DNA of 62,157 bases, from NCBI GenBank assembly GCA_020184695.1, contig JAANOX010000196.1, forward strand, positions 1-62,157, read 5' to 3'. The notes below the pieces were generated by a model, which did not search any database, was not told the DNA's origin, and saw nothing but the letters and a program-made list of their open reading frames with translations. The position numbers and the translations under genes are program-made. Positions 41,129 to 51,917 of the stretch are shown here, in pieces; the stretch's first letter is position 1; each line of letters begins with the position of its first letter. This stretch comes from Histomonas meleagridis 2922-C6/04-290x (taxonomy: Eukaryota; Protista; Parabasalia).

Positions 41129-44005
41129 ATGAGCGCCAGAGATATCCCAAAGCTGAAATCAGATGATCTTCAAAATAAAGTGGAAAAACTTGAAAGCCAA
41201 AAAAACTTATTAGTTTCGAAACTCAAAGAAATGAAACAAAGACTTGACGATCATAAGAATCAAGCATTAAATAAAATCAATGAACTCAAAATTGAAAATC
41301 AACAACTTAAAGAAGACCTTGAAACAAAATCATCTGATAGTCAACAGGTAAGTGAACTTCTTCAAAAGATAGAAGAATTATCTAAAGAAAATAATGAAAT
41401 CAAAATTAAGTTACAGAATACATCTTCAAGTGCAAATGAAGCGAAGCTTAAAAAGCAAATAGCTTCACTTGAAGATGATAACAAACAATTAATGTCTCAA
41501 CTTGATGAAGTTACAGATGAAACATCAGAACTTAGAAAGCAACTTACAGAAACGATCAATCAACTAAAGCAAGAAAACAGTTTATTAAAGTCACAACATC
41601 AAGTAGAACTTGATGAATTAAAGGAAAAAATGATCAATGAAAACATGTCCAAAGAAACGCAAAATAAACTCGAAAACTTAGAAAAAGAAAAACAGGAACT
41701 AATTAAAGAATTAAAACATCTTCGCGAACAAAATGAAAGTCCACAAGATTTTGATCAAAAAGTAATTGAAGAACTTAAAACACAAAACAAACAATTAACA
41801 GAGGAAAACAACAAATTGAAAGAACAAAATAAAATTAATTCGCAGTACGATGACGATATCTTTGGTAATGATAATGAAGAGTTAGCACAAGAATTGGAAG
41901 ATGCAAAGGAACAAATTAAAATATTAACAGAAGAAAACAACAAATTGAAAGAACAAAATAAAATTAATTCGCAGTACGATGGCGATATCTTTGGTAATGA
42001 TAATGAAGAGTTAGCACAAGAATTGGAAGATGCAAAGGAACAAATCAAAATATTAACAGAAGAAAATAACAAATTGAAAGAACAAAATAAAATTAATTCG
42101 CAGTACGATGGCGATATCTTTGGTAATGATAATGAAGAGTTAGCACAAGAATTGGAAGATGCAAAGGAACAAATTAAAATATTAACAGAAGAAAACAACA
42201 AATTGAAAGAACAAAATAAAATTAATTCACAATTTGATGACGATATCTTCGGTAATGATGACGAAGAACTTGCAAAGGAATTGGAAGATGCAAAGGAACA
42301 AATTAAAATATTAACTGAGGAAAATAATAAATTAAAAGAGCAAAATAAAATTAATTCACAATTTGATGACGACATTTTCGGTAATGATGACGAAGAACTT
42401 GCAAAGGAATTGGAGGATGCCAAAGAGCAAATTAAAATATTAACAGAAGAAAATAATAAATTGAATAAGCAAATTAAAGATGTGTCTCAAACAAAAGACA
42501 ATGACTCCAATGATATATTAAAGAAAAGCATTGAAAAACTTACGAAAGAAAAAGAAACGCTTCAAAATCAAATTGATGAAATGGAGGAAAGTTTAACCAA
42601 CGAAATTGACTTATTGCAAACGGAGAAATCGAATCTTGAACTTGAGTTAAATCAAATGAAAGAAAAACTTTCGAATGTTAATACTGATAACACATCAATT
42701 GATGAATTAACAAAAGAAATTGATATTTTACAAAGTGAGAAAACTACACTTGAAAACCAAATGAGTGAACTTGAAGAAGAATTCCAAAAAGAAATTAATT
42801 TATTACAAAAAGAGAAATCCAAAATCGAAAATGAGAAACAAAAATTAAATAACGAAATATTAAATAAAGAAAACGAAAACAAAAAATTACAAAATGAAAT
42901 TGTTAAATTACAAAATGAAAAATCCGAACTTGAACAAACAAATGAAAACAAAAGTGAAAACATTGAATACATTGCACAACAAATAAGTAACGTCAAAAAC
43001 GAAAATGAAAATAATCTTAAAGCGATATCCGATTTAAACAGCAAAATTTCAATGATTAAAGAAGAAAACGAAAATTATTCCAATACAATAACAGAGTTAA
43101 ATAACAAAATCTCGAATATTACAAAAGAAAATGAAAATTTAAATCAAATAATAACAGAACTAAATAACAAAATCTCGAATATTACAAAAGAAAATGAAAA
43201 TTTAAATCAAACAATAACAGAACTAAATAACAAAATCTCAATAACAACAAAAGAAAACGAAAATTATTTACAGCAAATTAATGAAATTGATAATAAGAAC
43301 AAAGAACTTCAAACGCAAATCGAATCGTTACAAAGCAATGATAACAAAGCGCAAGAACAATTGCAAAGTAAATTCGAAACATATGAAACACAAATGAATG
43401 AACTCGAAGAAAGGTTAAACAAAGAAATCGAATCATTACAAAACGAAAAACAAATTCTTTTACAAGAAGCGAAAGCATCGAATGAAACGATTGCAAAACT
43501 TAAAGAAGAAAATGTAAAACTTTCTGAATCACAAACGACAGCGAACAGTAATAATAGTAATAACAATTCAGCAACAGAAAACGAAAAGAAAATTTCGGCG
43601 CTTACAAAGAGTAACGCAGAACTCAAGCGAAAACTTCATAACTATGAATACCAATGCCAAAAGCTTCAAGAGACAGTTGACGCATATCAAAGCGAAATAG
43701 CGAAACTCGAATTTAACAACATGAAAATTAACGAGAAGCCGAAAAATGAAAATGTTCAACCACAGAATGTAAATAATGATAATAATAATAACAAAATGGA
43801 CAACGATTTGAAGTTGGAATATATGAAAAGTTCATTGATTAACTTCTTCGCGAATGATAATAAGGCAAGAGAAGCAATGATACCAGTGATTATGAGCTTC
43901 GTGGGATGTAGTGATGAGCAAATTAGAAACGCAATCAATGGATGGGAGGCTACGCACGCGTCATTCTTTCCATCATTTGCTAAATGTCAAGGAGGATTCA
44001 AATAA
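41129..44005 (+). CDS. Long coiled-coil protein with a C-terminal GRIP-like domain (golgin)
   Basis: Heptad E/K/N-rich sequence; LEYMKSSLINFF...AMIPVIMSFVGCSDEQ fits the GRIP pattern EYLKNVxxxF...LVPVIxxLLxFSxEE. Confidence 0.75.
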   Translation: MSARDIPKLKSDDLQNKVEKLESQKNLLVSKLKEMKQRLDDHKNQALNKINELKIENQQLKEDLETKSSDSQQVSELLQKIEELSKENNEIKIKLQNTSSSANEAKLKKQIASLEDDNKQLMSQLDEVTDETSELRKQLTETINQLKQENSLLKSQHQVELDELKEKMINENMSKETQNKLENLEKEKQELIKELKHLREQNESPQDFDQKVIEELKTQNKQLTEENNKLKEQNKINSQYDDDIFGNDNEELAQELEDAKEQIKILTEENNKLKEQNKINSQYDGDIFGNDNEELAQELEDAKEQIKILTEENNKLKEQNKINSQYDGDIFGNDNEELAQELEDAKEQIKILTEENNKLKEQNKINSQFDDDIFGNDDEELAKELEDAKEQIKILTEENNKLKEQNKINSQFDDDIFGNDDEELAKELEDAKEQIKILTEENNKLNKQIKDVSQTKDNDSNDILKKSIEKLTKEKETLQNQIDEMEESLTNEIDLLQTEKSNLELELNQMKEKLSNVNTDNTSIDELTKEIDILQSEKTTLENQMSELEEEFQKEINLLQKEKSKIENEKQKLNNEILNKENENKKLQNEIVKLQNEKSELEQTNENKSENIEYIAQQISNVKNENENNLKAISDLNSKISMIKEENENYSNTITELNNKISNITKENENLNQIITELNNKISNITKENENLNQTITELNNKISITTKENENYLQQINEIDNKNKELQTQIESLQSNDNKAQEQLQSKFETYETQMNELEERLNKEIESLQNEKQILLQEAKASNETIAKLKEENVKLSESQTTANSNNSNNNSATENEKKISALTKSNAELKRKLHNYEYQCQKLQETVDAYQSEIAKLEFNNMKINEKPKNENVQPQNVNNDNNNNKMDNDLKLEYMKSSLINFFANDNKAREAMIPVIMSFVGCSDEQIRNAINGWEATHASFFPSFAKCQGGFK
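41801..42463 (+). repeat. 129-bp (43-aa) tandem repeat, five full copies plus a partial
   Basis: Unit starts at 41801, 41930, 42059, 42188, 42317 and 42446. Confidence 0.95.
43088..43262 (+). repeat. 63-bp (21-aa) tandem repeat, about three copies
   Basis: ATAACAG starts at 43088, 43151 and 43214 (ITELNNKISNITKENENLNQ). Confidence 0.9.
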
Positions 44006-44089
44006 ATAAACTTTTTTATAAGTATTTAATGTGATTGAGAATTACCTAAAATTTATACAAAAAAAAGTTTTCACAAATTATTAATAATA

Positions 44090-44461
44090 TTATCTTCTTA
44101 ACATATGACATATTTGCACATGCTTCAAATTTGTTTGGAGTATCAATTTCCATTCATTAGAACTACTGTTTGATTGGCAAATATCTTCTTTTTGATTTCG
44201 CCTTTGACGTAATATAATAAAAAGAACAATGATTATTATGATAATAACAATTAATACACAAACTACAATGAAAATAATATATATGTTGATACCGGTGCTG
44301 TTTTCTTTTTGATATTCATTCGATTCAAATAGAAAGAAATTGATGTAATATATGTATTTTGTATAATATTGAATAACACTATATTCACAATAAATAAATT
44401 TTGTACTTATCAAAGAAAATGATGAATTATTTATAATGAAAATAATACTGTGTTCAAACAC
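44090..44461 (-). pseudogene. 5'-truncated surface-protein (BspA-type) C-terminal relic
   Basis: Tyr-rich juxtamembrane segment YYTKYIYY plus TM; no ATG (GTG in the track); frameshift in the tail. Confidence 0.65.
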
Positions 44462-44476
44462 TTACCAAAGTCTAAA

Positions 44477-45852
44477 CTAAATGTCACCTTTTTCACGAAG
44501 TAATTGTTTTATTTCTCTGAAACCCAACTGTTTAGCAATTGCAAGTGGTGTTTCAAATTATTATAACATATATAATATTATTATAACATATTTCAAATTA
44601 TTTAAATGAATATTTTTTGCATTAACAACAATTCCTTCTTTATTTAAAAGTAATTTTACATTTTCTATATTTCCTGATTTAACTGAATATGGTAAAATTG
44701 TATTTGGAATTTACTGACTTTCTATATCATTTTCGAATATAATTGTATTTCCTTTTGATGCTATTTCTTCCATATTTTCATTATTTATTTTCATTCCTTC
44801 TTTTTCTAAAAACATGAAGATTTCATAATTCTCAAATTCTATCCATTTTTTCCCAAGATATATTAAATTTTCTTCAATTAAATTACAATTATCTTGATTT
44901 TCGATATCGGAATTCGATTTTGGAAAAGAAAACATTGAAAATGAATTTTGTCTATCATTGGAAATTTTTCCAATTTTATTTTCATAAAGATAATGAAATA
45001 TTTCAATTCGAATTCTATAGCTGTTTCATATGCTTCTGTAAATGATGAATGATTTTGTTCACATAAATGAATAGTTTCTAAGTTTCCACATGCAATTGCA
45101 TATTTAGATGTATTTTTGATATTTGAATTATTTAATAACAAATATTTATAACATTTAATCCTACCAAAAAATGCACAATAATCAATTAATGTAACATTTT
45201 TAGTATTAGCAAAAGATAATCTTTCATAAAGTGATGCTTAATTATTTGATTAAAGTCAAATTCATTATTTGATGATATTTCTTGAAGCTTTTCTAAATCA
45301 TCATTTCGAAGTACTTTTTCAATTTCTAATGGATTAACTCCTTCTTTTACATATTGCATAAGAAGCTTCCAATCATTTTTTGATAATTCATCAAGTGCTG
45401 AAATAAATTCTTCAAGGAATTGCGGTTTTGGATATTTGATATAGAATTCATTTATTTCTTCTTTTGTTTTATATTGAGAAAAATATAATGTGTTCATGTA
45501 CTTTACTGAAGATGGTTCAAGTATTTCTTCTTCGATCATCTTTTCAAGAAGGAAGTATGATTCTTGCTTCTCTATTCCCAGTAAATATTAATAAATATTT
45601 AATATATATATTTTCATTATTTGATTGAGAAACAAAAGCTGAATAGATAAGTCTAGATACAAGATAGTTAAATGTATATAGCACCCTATCTACAAATAAA
45701 TTAATTGTTGCTTGAACTGATGTTTCGAAATTTTTTTCGTTGAGATTATAGAGAATTGATTCTAATGATTTCGAAAGTTCATCAATAAAATACCCTAATG
45801 TTTCAAAACCCTGTTCAAAATATTTGTGAGAAAATACAATTGTCAGTACCAA
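44477..45852 (-). pseudogene. Frameshifted DUF3447-type ankyrin paralog of the 28639 gene
   Basis: ILYNLNEKNFETSVQATINL, KYAIACGNLETIHLCEQNHSSF and EKEGMKINN match the 28639 protein; split over at least five fragments; last block FETPLAIAKQLG...KGDI* ends at 44477. Confidence 0.8.
44558..44608 (-). other. Intron-like insert at the same ankyrin position as inserts 1-3
   Basis: Sits between AKN-I and F-ETPL; AAT(44614) to GAA(44554) = 60 nt with two in-frame TAA. Confidence 0.65.
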
Positions 45853-46282
45853 AAAAATGTCATACGATAGGCACTATCCGATACAGAGCGGTTCCGACTA
45901 AATTAAAAATTAAATTAAGTAAAGTTATTAAATATGATAAACGTTCTCTTCATGATTTTGATGATTTTATGCATTGTAAATTAAACAAAATATTTCATAA
46001 TTAACATACCATTGGGATAATAACACGGATTTTTGATGTTTACATTTGCTTATATTATTGAATTTTTGCCTATGGTCTGATTCCACAAAAAAATGCATGG
46101 CAATTGTCATAAATTTTATGATTGGAATGGAGAAAGCTAAAAGTATTTCCGTTGTTATGCTCGTAAGAAAGAATAAAGTTATGGCAATTTTAGGTAAGAT
46201 AATTTCTTTTCAAAATAAGATGAATTCCAATTGGAAAAACACCAAAACACATTTGACACTTTTTGTATTATATAGTTTACGC

Positions 46283-46290
46283 AACGGTTT
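46283..46290 (+). promoter_or_regulatory. M3-like motif AACGGTTT
   Basis: Ends 10 nt before the likely ATG at 46301. Confidence 0.45.
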
Positions 46291-46300
46291 CCCAAAGAAA

Positions 46301-47956
46301 ATGACTGACTTAACAAGTTTGGGTTCAATCATCCTTTTTCTTGACCCTATTTATGATACTACAAGTAGTACTACTAGGAATAAAGGCGGACTTTGTTTAT
46401 CAAAAAATGAAAATACTTACTTTTTATCATGGATTCCAATAAATGATACAATAGGGAATTTTTCTCCACTAATAACAAAGGTACCATCTTGTTCAATTTC
46501 CACAGAATTTAGGAATAATACTGTTTTAAAATTTGATACAACATCAATTAAAACATTTTCTTTTAAAGAAGAATCAAATATTACAAAAATAACTCTTGAG
46601 GTTAACGATGTTAAAGGAAATCGAGTATATAAAGTCTGCGAAACTGAATATTTTCCATTATTTTTATTGCTTCAAAAGCTAATTACCCTCGGAATTGCTC
46701 TTCCACAACACATTGATGGAAACCGATGTTATTCTCTTTATTTTCTTAAAAATGTTGGTAAACCTTTTAGCGTCAAAATTAATTCCATGAATTTTATTGG
46801 TCTTAAAACATTTAGTGAATACTGGAAAACGTTACTTAAAATGACAGAAGAAATGATTGTTGGTCTTAATTACTCAAACACTCTTCCAAATGTTACATTT
46901 TATCCATTTGGAATTGGTGTTAATGCAATTCATCAAGAAATACTCACGCGTATCAAAAAAGCATACACCAAAGCACAAAAAAATCATCGCGAGCCAATGG
47001 GTACTGAAGATTTATTTGATGAAAACGGAAAATTAAAAGATAAAGATAATTTCCGACAACAAATTTATGACTTTGGTATCAAACAAGAAGCATTAAAACA
47101 AACTGTTGGGTTGATGTTTGATATGTATGACTTAGACAGCACAGAAGAATCTCGTACTGAGGAAAATAAGAAATTAAAAGAATATTTTAATCAAATCACC
47201 CAACAAGTCGATAATATCTCTCAAGAACAACTTTTGCAAAACCAGCGCTTCCAAAGACTCTTTAAAGTGATTGATAATGATGTTGATAGAACTGATAGAA
47301 CATTAGATGCGTTTAAAAGCAAGCCAGGTCTTACCTTATTAACAAAACTACTTCGTTCATATCTTGTCTACAATCCAATTGTTGGTTATTTACAAGGTAT
47401 GAATGACTTATTTGTCCCTTTAATTAAATTATTTTTATCTGAGTGGAACGAAGAAGGGCACCCCGTCGAAGGCGACCGTTTATTATCAGACGATGAAATT
47501 GATGAAAATGCATCTAAAATCTTTTGGCACTTTTCCTCCATGGTAAAACATATTAAACATGAAGGATTACTATCATCAGTTAGCACATGTAACAAGATAG
47601 CAGAAGAAATCAACAATATTTTATCGAAAGTTAATCCTTCCTTAACTATTTGGTTGAAGCGGAATGATTTGTCCACCTTTTTATTCATGTACTCAAGTTT
47701 TGTAATGTTATACAAACGAAACATTGATGATATATGGAATGTATGGGTACGAATACATTGTTCTAAAGATCCCAAACATTGGCTTACATATTTTTCGACT
47801 GCAGTAATTCTTTATGTTTTTCCGAAAATTCCATTATGTGAGAATGAGCTTAATGTTAAAATCACAGAGATATATAGCAAAAGTTTTCATACACTTAATA
47901 TCGATGAACTATCATTTGTAGCGAAATGGCTTTATGAGAAATATCCAATTAAATGA
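46301..47956 (+). CDS. TBC-domain Rab GTPase-activating protein (Gyp7/TBC1D15-like)
   Basis: IDNDVDRTDR (Arg finger) and YLQGMNDL (Gln finger); ATG at 46301 preferred over the track's TTG at 46046. Confidence 0.9.
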   Translation: MTDLTSLGSIILFLDPIYDTTSSTTRNKGGLCLSKNENTYFLSWIPINDTIGNFSPLITKVPSCSISTEFRNNTVLKFDTTSIKTFSFKEESNITKITLEVNDVKGNRVYKVCETEYFPLFLLLQKLITLGIALPQHIDGNRCYSLYFLKNVGKPFSVKINSMNFIGLKTFSEYWKTLLKMTEEMIVGLNYSNTLPNVTFYPFGIGVNAIHQEILTRIKKAYTKAQKNHREPMGTEDLFDENGKLKDKDNFRQQIYDFGIKQEALKQTVGLMFDMYDLDSTEESRTEENKKLKEYFNQITQQVDNISQEQLLQNQRFQRLFKVIDNDVDRTDRTLDAFKSKPGLTLLTKLLRSYLVYNPIVGYLQGMNDLFVPLIKLFLSEWNEEGHPVEGDRLLSDDEIDENASKIFWHFSSMVKHIKHEGLLSSVSTCNKIAEEINNILSKVNPSLTIWLKRNDLSTFLFMYSSFVMLYKRNIDDIWNVWVRIHCSKDPKHWLTYFSTAVILYVFPKIPLCENELNVKITEIYSKSFHTLNIDELSFVAKWLYEKYPIK

Positions 47957-48276
47957 ATTTTAAATTGATCTTAATTAATAAAATTTTTATTTAATTTTTC
48001 TTTTCTTTTTTAAGCTAAAGTTGTCATTATAAAGATTTCTTTAAAGCGACAATATTTTGAGATTAAATAAAAAAATAAAATACAAAAAAAATTCCAATGA
48101 AAACTTGGGAATTGAATAAAAAATTGTGAGTTAACGATGTGTAATATACAAAATAGAAAAAAACATCTTCAAATTAAATTTATTTAAGTCAATTATGAAT
48201 CAAAATTGGTGCATCGCTAAATTTAATTTTTTATGAGTTTTTCCTTTGGAATTGACATCACCTTTCGAAAGAGTGT

Positions 48277-49113
48277 ATGCAGTTTCATGGTTCATTTCTA
48301 CCAGATGAAAATGAACAAAATATTATTGGAACGCGTTATGATTTAATGTGTAATAATATATATGAATTCCCTTCCAATCATTTAGATGGCTCTTCACTTG
48401 ATGATCTTATTGAAACAAAGGCGTTGATAGATCCAGAAATGACATTTTCATGTTTAAGATATGATCAATGGAATTCATTACATGAAAATAACTTAGATGA
48501 AATAGAAAATTTTCAAAACTATGAAAATGATTTTAATGTGTCTTCTCATTGTAATAATGTTAATAACAATTCTGAAAATTTAATTCAAGAAGTAAATTCT
48601 AATCAAACACTTCAAATAAGTAAGATTTTTTCAAAAATCAAATTTGATCCTAAAACAATGATTTTTATACCATCAAAAATATTTAATCGAAAATCCTACA
48701 CATTTTCCGAAATATGTGAAGAGCATTTCCAAGGAAGATCTTCAAAAAAGCTGAGGTTTGAATATAAGCTATGGAATGCACTTCAAATAACAAAAGTTTA
48801 TCCATCATTATATGTTTTCGTAGGTGTAATGTGGTTAAATGATAAAGTAATTAAAGTTCATAGACATTATTTTGGGAACCTATTAAAACTAAAAAGGCCA
48901 ACATCAGCTTTATTTAATTCACAAGGATCTTTTCCTTCACATGGATTTCTTGAATTGTCGGTTGATGAGTTAAAGCGGGAACACGGAATTGAGGCTCAGC
49001 CAGACGATTCTTCATCATGTAGATATTTTTATCATCCAAATGGAACATTTTCATCAAATTCAACAGAAGATGAAGTGTTGAATTGTCGTTGGATCAGACC
49101 ACCTGGACAATAA
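48277..49113 (+). CDS. Initiator-binding-domain (IBD)-like winged-helix protein
   Basis: RFEYKLWNALQIT...VGVMWLNDKVIKV...FGNLL...QGSFPSHGF resembles parabasalid IBD-related proteins (from recall). Confidence 0.55.
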   Translation: MQFHGSFLPDENEQNIIGTRYDLMCNNIYEFPSNHLDGSSLDDLIETKALIDPEMTFSCLRYDQWNSLHENNLDEIENFQNYENDFNVSSHCNNVNNNSENLIQEVNSNQTLQISKIFSKIKFDPKTMIFIPSKIFNRKSYTFSEICEEHFQGRSSKKLRFEYKLWNALQITKVYPSLYVFVGVMWLNDKVIKVHRHYFGNLLKLKRPTSALFNSQGSFPSHGFLELSVDELKREHGIEAQPDDSSSCRYFYHPNGTFSSNSTEDEVLNCRWIRPPGQ

Positions 49114-49258
49114 TACCAATTGTGAAGAATCACAAATCGTCTTGGATTTTTGTTTTTATTAAAATCCATATCGAATTCATTATTTTATAAAAATGAAAAA
49201 AATGGTTCAGTGAACTCAACGATTATTTTGTATTTAAAAAGTTTTGTGGCGTTCGGCA

Positions 49259-49266
49259 AAAGTGAC
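49259..49266 (+). promoter_or_regulatory. AAAGTGAC motif (M2-like)
   Basis: AAAGTGAC-aat-ATG directly before the HAD start. Confidence 0.45.
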
Positions 49267-49269
49267 AAT

Positions 49270-49947
49270 ATGGCGAAGGTCTACGACAAGCCAATCCAAG
49301 CAGTCATTTTTGATAACGATGGAACCTTAATGGATACTGAATGGGTTTATTCTGTAGCTCATAAGGAATTAACAGGAATTGATCTTGAATGGGATTTTAA
49401 AGTAAATTTAATGGGAAAAACACCAATTGAAGCTTCACGCTTAACAGTTGAACATTACGGGCTTAAGGATACACCAGAAGAGTATTGCCGCAAAAGAACA
49501 GAAATAGTTAACAAATATTGGCCAACAATTCCTATGATGCCTGGCGCTGAAAACCTTGTTGACAACCTTAAGCAAAGGGGAATCAAGATGTCAATTGCAA
49601 CAGCTTCCAACAGAAGTGGCTTTGGTTTAAAGAGCTCTGGTCACTTAGATTTTGTTGCAAAAATGGATCATGTGGTGTGTGGCGATGAAGTTGAACATGG
49701 AAAACCAGAACCAGATCTATTCTTAGCAGCTTTGCATAAGTGGGATGGCATCAAAGCAGAAAATGCACTTGTATTCGAAGATTCTCCATTAGGTATCTTA
49801 GCAGCTAACAGAGCTGGAATTCCTGCTGTATTCATTCCCGATCCTCATATGGACGCTGAAGAATCGCTCAAACGTTATAATGCTACACCTATCCTCACAA
49901 TCAAATCTCTTGAAGATTTCGATTTTGACCAATTTATTTGGGAATAA
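49270..49947 (+). CDS. HAD-superfamily phosphatase (HDHD1/PUDP/GS1-like)
   Basis: VIFDNDGTLMDTE, IATAS, GKPEPDLF, VFEDSPLG; ATG at 49270 (the track used a TTG at 49150). Confidence 0.92.
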   Translation: MAKVYDKPIQAVIFDNDGTLMDTEWVYSVAHKELTGIDLEWDFKVNLMGKTPIEASRLTVEHYGLKDTPEEYCRKRTEIVNKYWPTIPMMPGAENLVDNLKQRGIKMSIATASNRSGFGLKSSGHLDFVAKMDHVVCGDEVEHGKPEPDLFLAALHKWDGIKAENALVFEDSPLGILAANRAGIPAVFIPDPHMDAEESLKRYNATPILTIKSLEDFDFDQFIWE

Positions 49948-50204
49948 ACAATATTATCTCATATTGTAATATGTTAAAGCAGTAGAATCCATTTTTATTG
50001 GAGAACCAAATGAACCTATAGATAAATGATCATTTTTGATAAAACATAAAGAATTAATCATGGACACATATACATTAAAAAGAGATGGTTTTCCCGATAA
50101 AAATCTATATATACAACATTTTTTTAATTCTTCTCAAACACAATTTTGATTGAATATGACTTAAGTCGGTTATATACCCACAGACAAATATTGTCAAAAA
50201 GTTA

Positions 50205-51497
50205 ATGGAGAATTATGGCAATTCAATATCAAAATTATCAATAAACATCTTGAAATGCTATTCATCATCTGACAAATTTCTTTTCCACAAAATATCGATA
50301 ATAAAATTCAACTTAACGTGAGTTATGATGGGTCTCGAGCTGTTTTAAACTGGACTGGATTCACAGAGACGCAAAACATATATTATACAGTATATTCATC
50401 TGTTGATAATGGAGCTAACTGGTTTCCAGTAAGTTCATTTGATTACAACGCAACTCAGCTTTAACTTAGTGATGCTTATTCAACAGAAGATGAACGAAAG
50501 ATTTTAGCGAATACAATTTATTACTTATATCAACGAACATCTAATCATTATTCATACGATTATTCATTTGGAGATCGAGTATCGCCGAATAAGCCGAGCA
50601 TTACACAACCTTTTAAAAATGATAGAATTGTTCAAATATCATCAGATTTAAAAAATATTTATTTTTATCGCGTTGAAGGACAAACATATAATGGTGATGA
50701 ACAATTTTCATCAGATATGATTTCATTGGAATATCCAACAAGAATCAAAGAATATTATTGATAAAAATGAAACAACAAGTATCACATTAAACATGGAAAA
50801 CGAAGTAAGCAAAACAACAACAGGAATTATCTATGATATTATTAATGAAGGTATACATTCATGCCGCAGCTATAGATGACACAGGTAAAATAAGTGAAAC
50901 AGGACATTTTTACCTTGAGAAAACACCTGATCCAACAAATACATACACACAAAGTAACACATATTCTAAATCAAATATATATACGAAATCTAATACATTA
51001 ATTCAAAGTAATACATTTGGAAGTAACATTTCATTAACTTTTTCATTTACATTAATATACACAGTATCAGTGACATATTCATTAACAATTTATGAAACTC
51101 AAGCAAAATCGTTTTCATTAGTGATCAACAATTCATCATTTTATTATATTGAAACGGAATTTATTTATTATAACTACACAATTGTTGTTTATTCTGTGTA
51201 TTATAGTTATTACTCTGATTTCTATACAATATTTTTCACGAATGAATTAAAAACAAAAGATGATAAAACAATAACAATTATTGTTGTTTGTGTTGTAACT
51301 ATAGTTATAATTATAATAGCATTACTAATTGCGTTGTTGATACATGTTAAAAATAAAAAAGAAGAAATTAATGAAAATGAAAAATCAGAAGAAAATGAAA
51401 CTATAAATACATACGCAACAGGAATATCCATGTCAAATGTTGATGAAGATCCTTTTGCAATTGATTTTAAAGAAGATCAATTCATTGAACATATGTA

Positions 51498-51498
<1 letters not shown>
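50205..51498 (+). pseudogene. Decayed type I surface-protein gene (non-LRR ectodomain, SNT stalk, TM, DPF tail)
   Basis: Coding-like frames LNVSYDGSRAVLNWTG...FDY, TEDERKILANTIYYLYQ and IHAAAIDDTG broken by TAA at 50462 and several frameshifts; intact 3' part 50833-51498. Confidence 0.7.

Positions 51499-51500
<2 letters not shown>

Positions 51501-51530
<30 letters not shown>
51501..51530. repeat. (TA)15 microsatellite
   Basis: Read directly; starts 3 nt after the stop at 51498. Confidence 0.97.
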
Positions 51531-51533
<3 letters not shown>

Positions 51534-51917
51534 TAGTTAATAAACGTGGGTTAAAATATATTTGTAATATTAATTTGATTTTTCTCATGTTCAATTCAAT
51601 ATTTTTATTGTTTTTCTTTAAAATTATATCAGAAATAAATATGTTTAAATTTCGTTTATTTTGGCAACAAAACACAATTTGAGTATCTTTTTAACGGTGA
51701 TTGCAAGATATATCTCATGATAAAAAAGGAAAACGAAGGCAAAAGAATAAGTTACAAAAAAGATGGAAATGAGAAACACAAAGAGATAAAAAGAATATAA
51801 TAAGAAAATCTTTAAAATTTTACTTGTTTTATTAAAAAATAGAAGTAGCCAACATATCATACAATATCAAAATATTTTTAAAAAATATACCATTTTTATA
51901 TATATTTTTACTAACTC

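Noticed and set aside
41755-43626. Long antisense ORFs within the golgin
   Set aside because: S/F/L-rich shadow frames produced by the coiled-coil codon bias and the tandem repeats.
46046-46300. TTG/GTG-initiated N-terminal extensions in the ORF track (TBC; also HAD 49150, IST1-like 23845, Hsp70 13341)
   Set aside because: Eukaryotic context; the downstream ATGs coincide with the start of homology and with promoter motifs.
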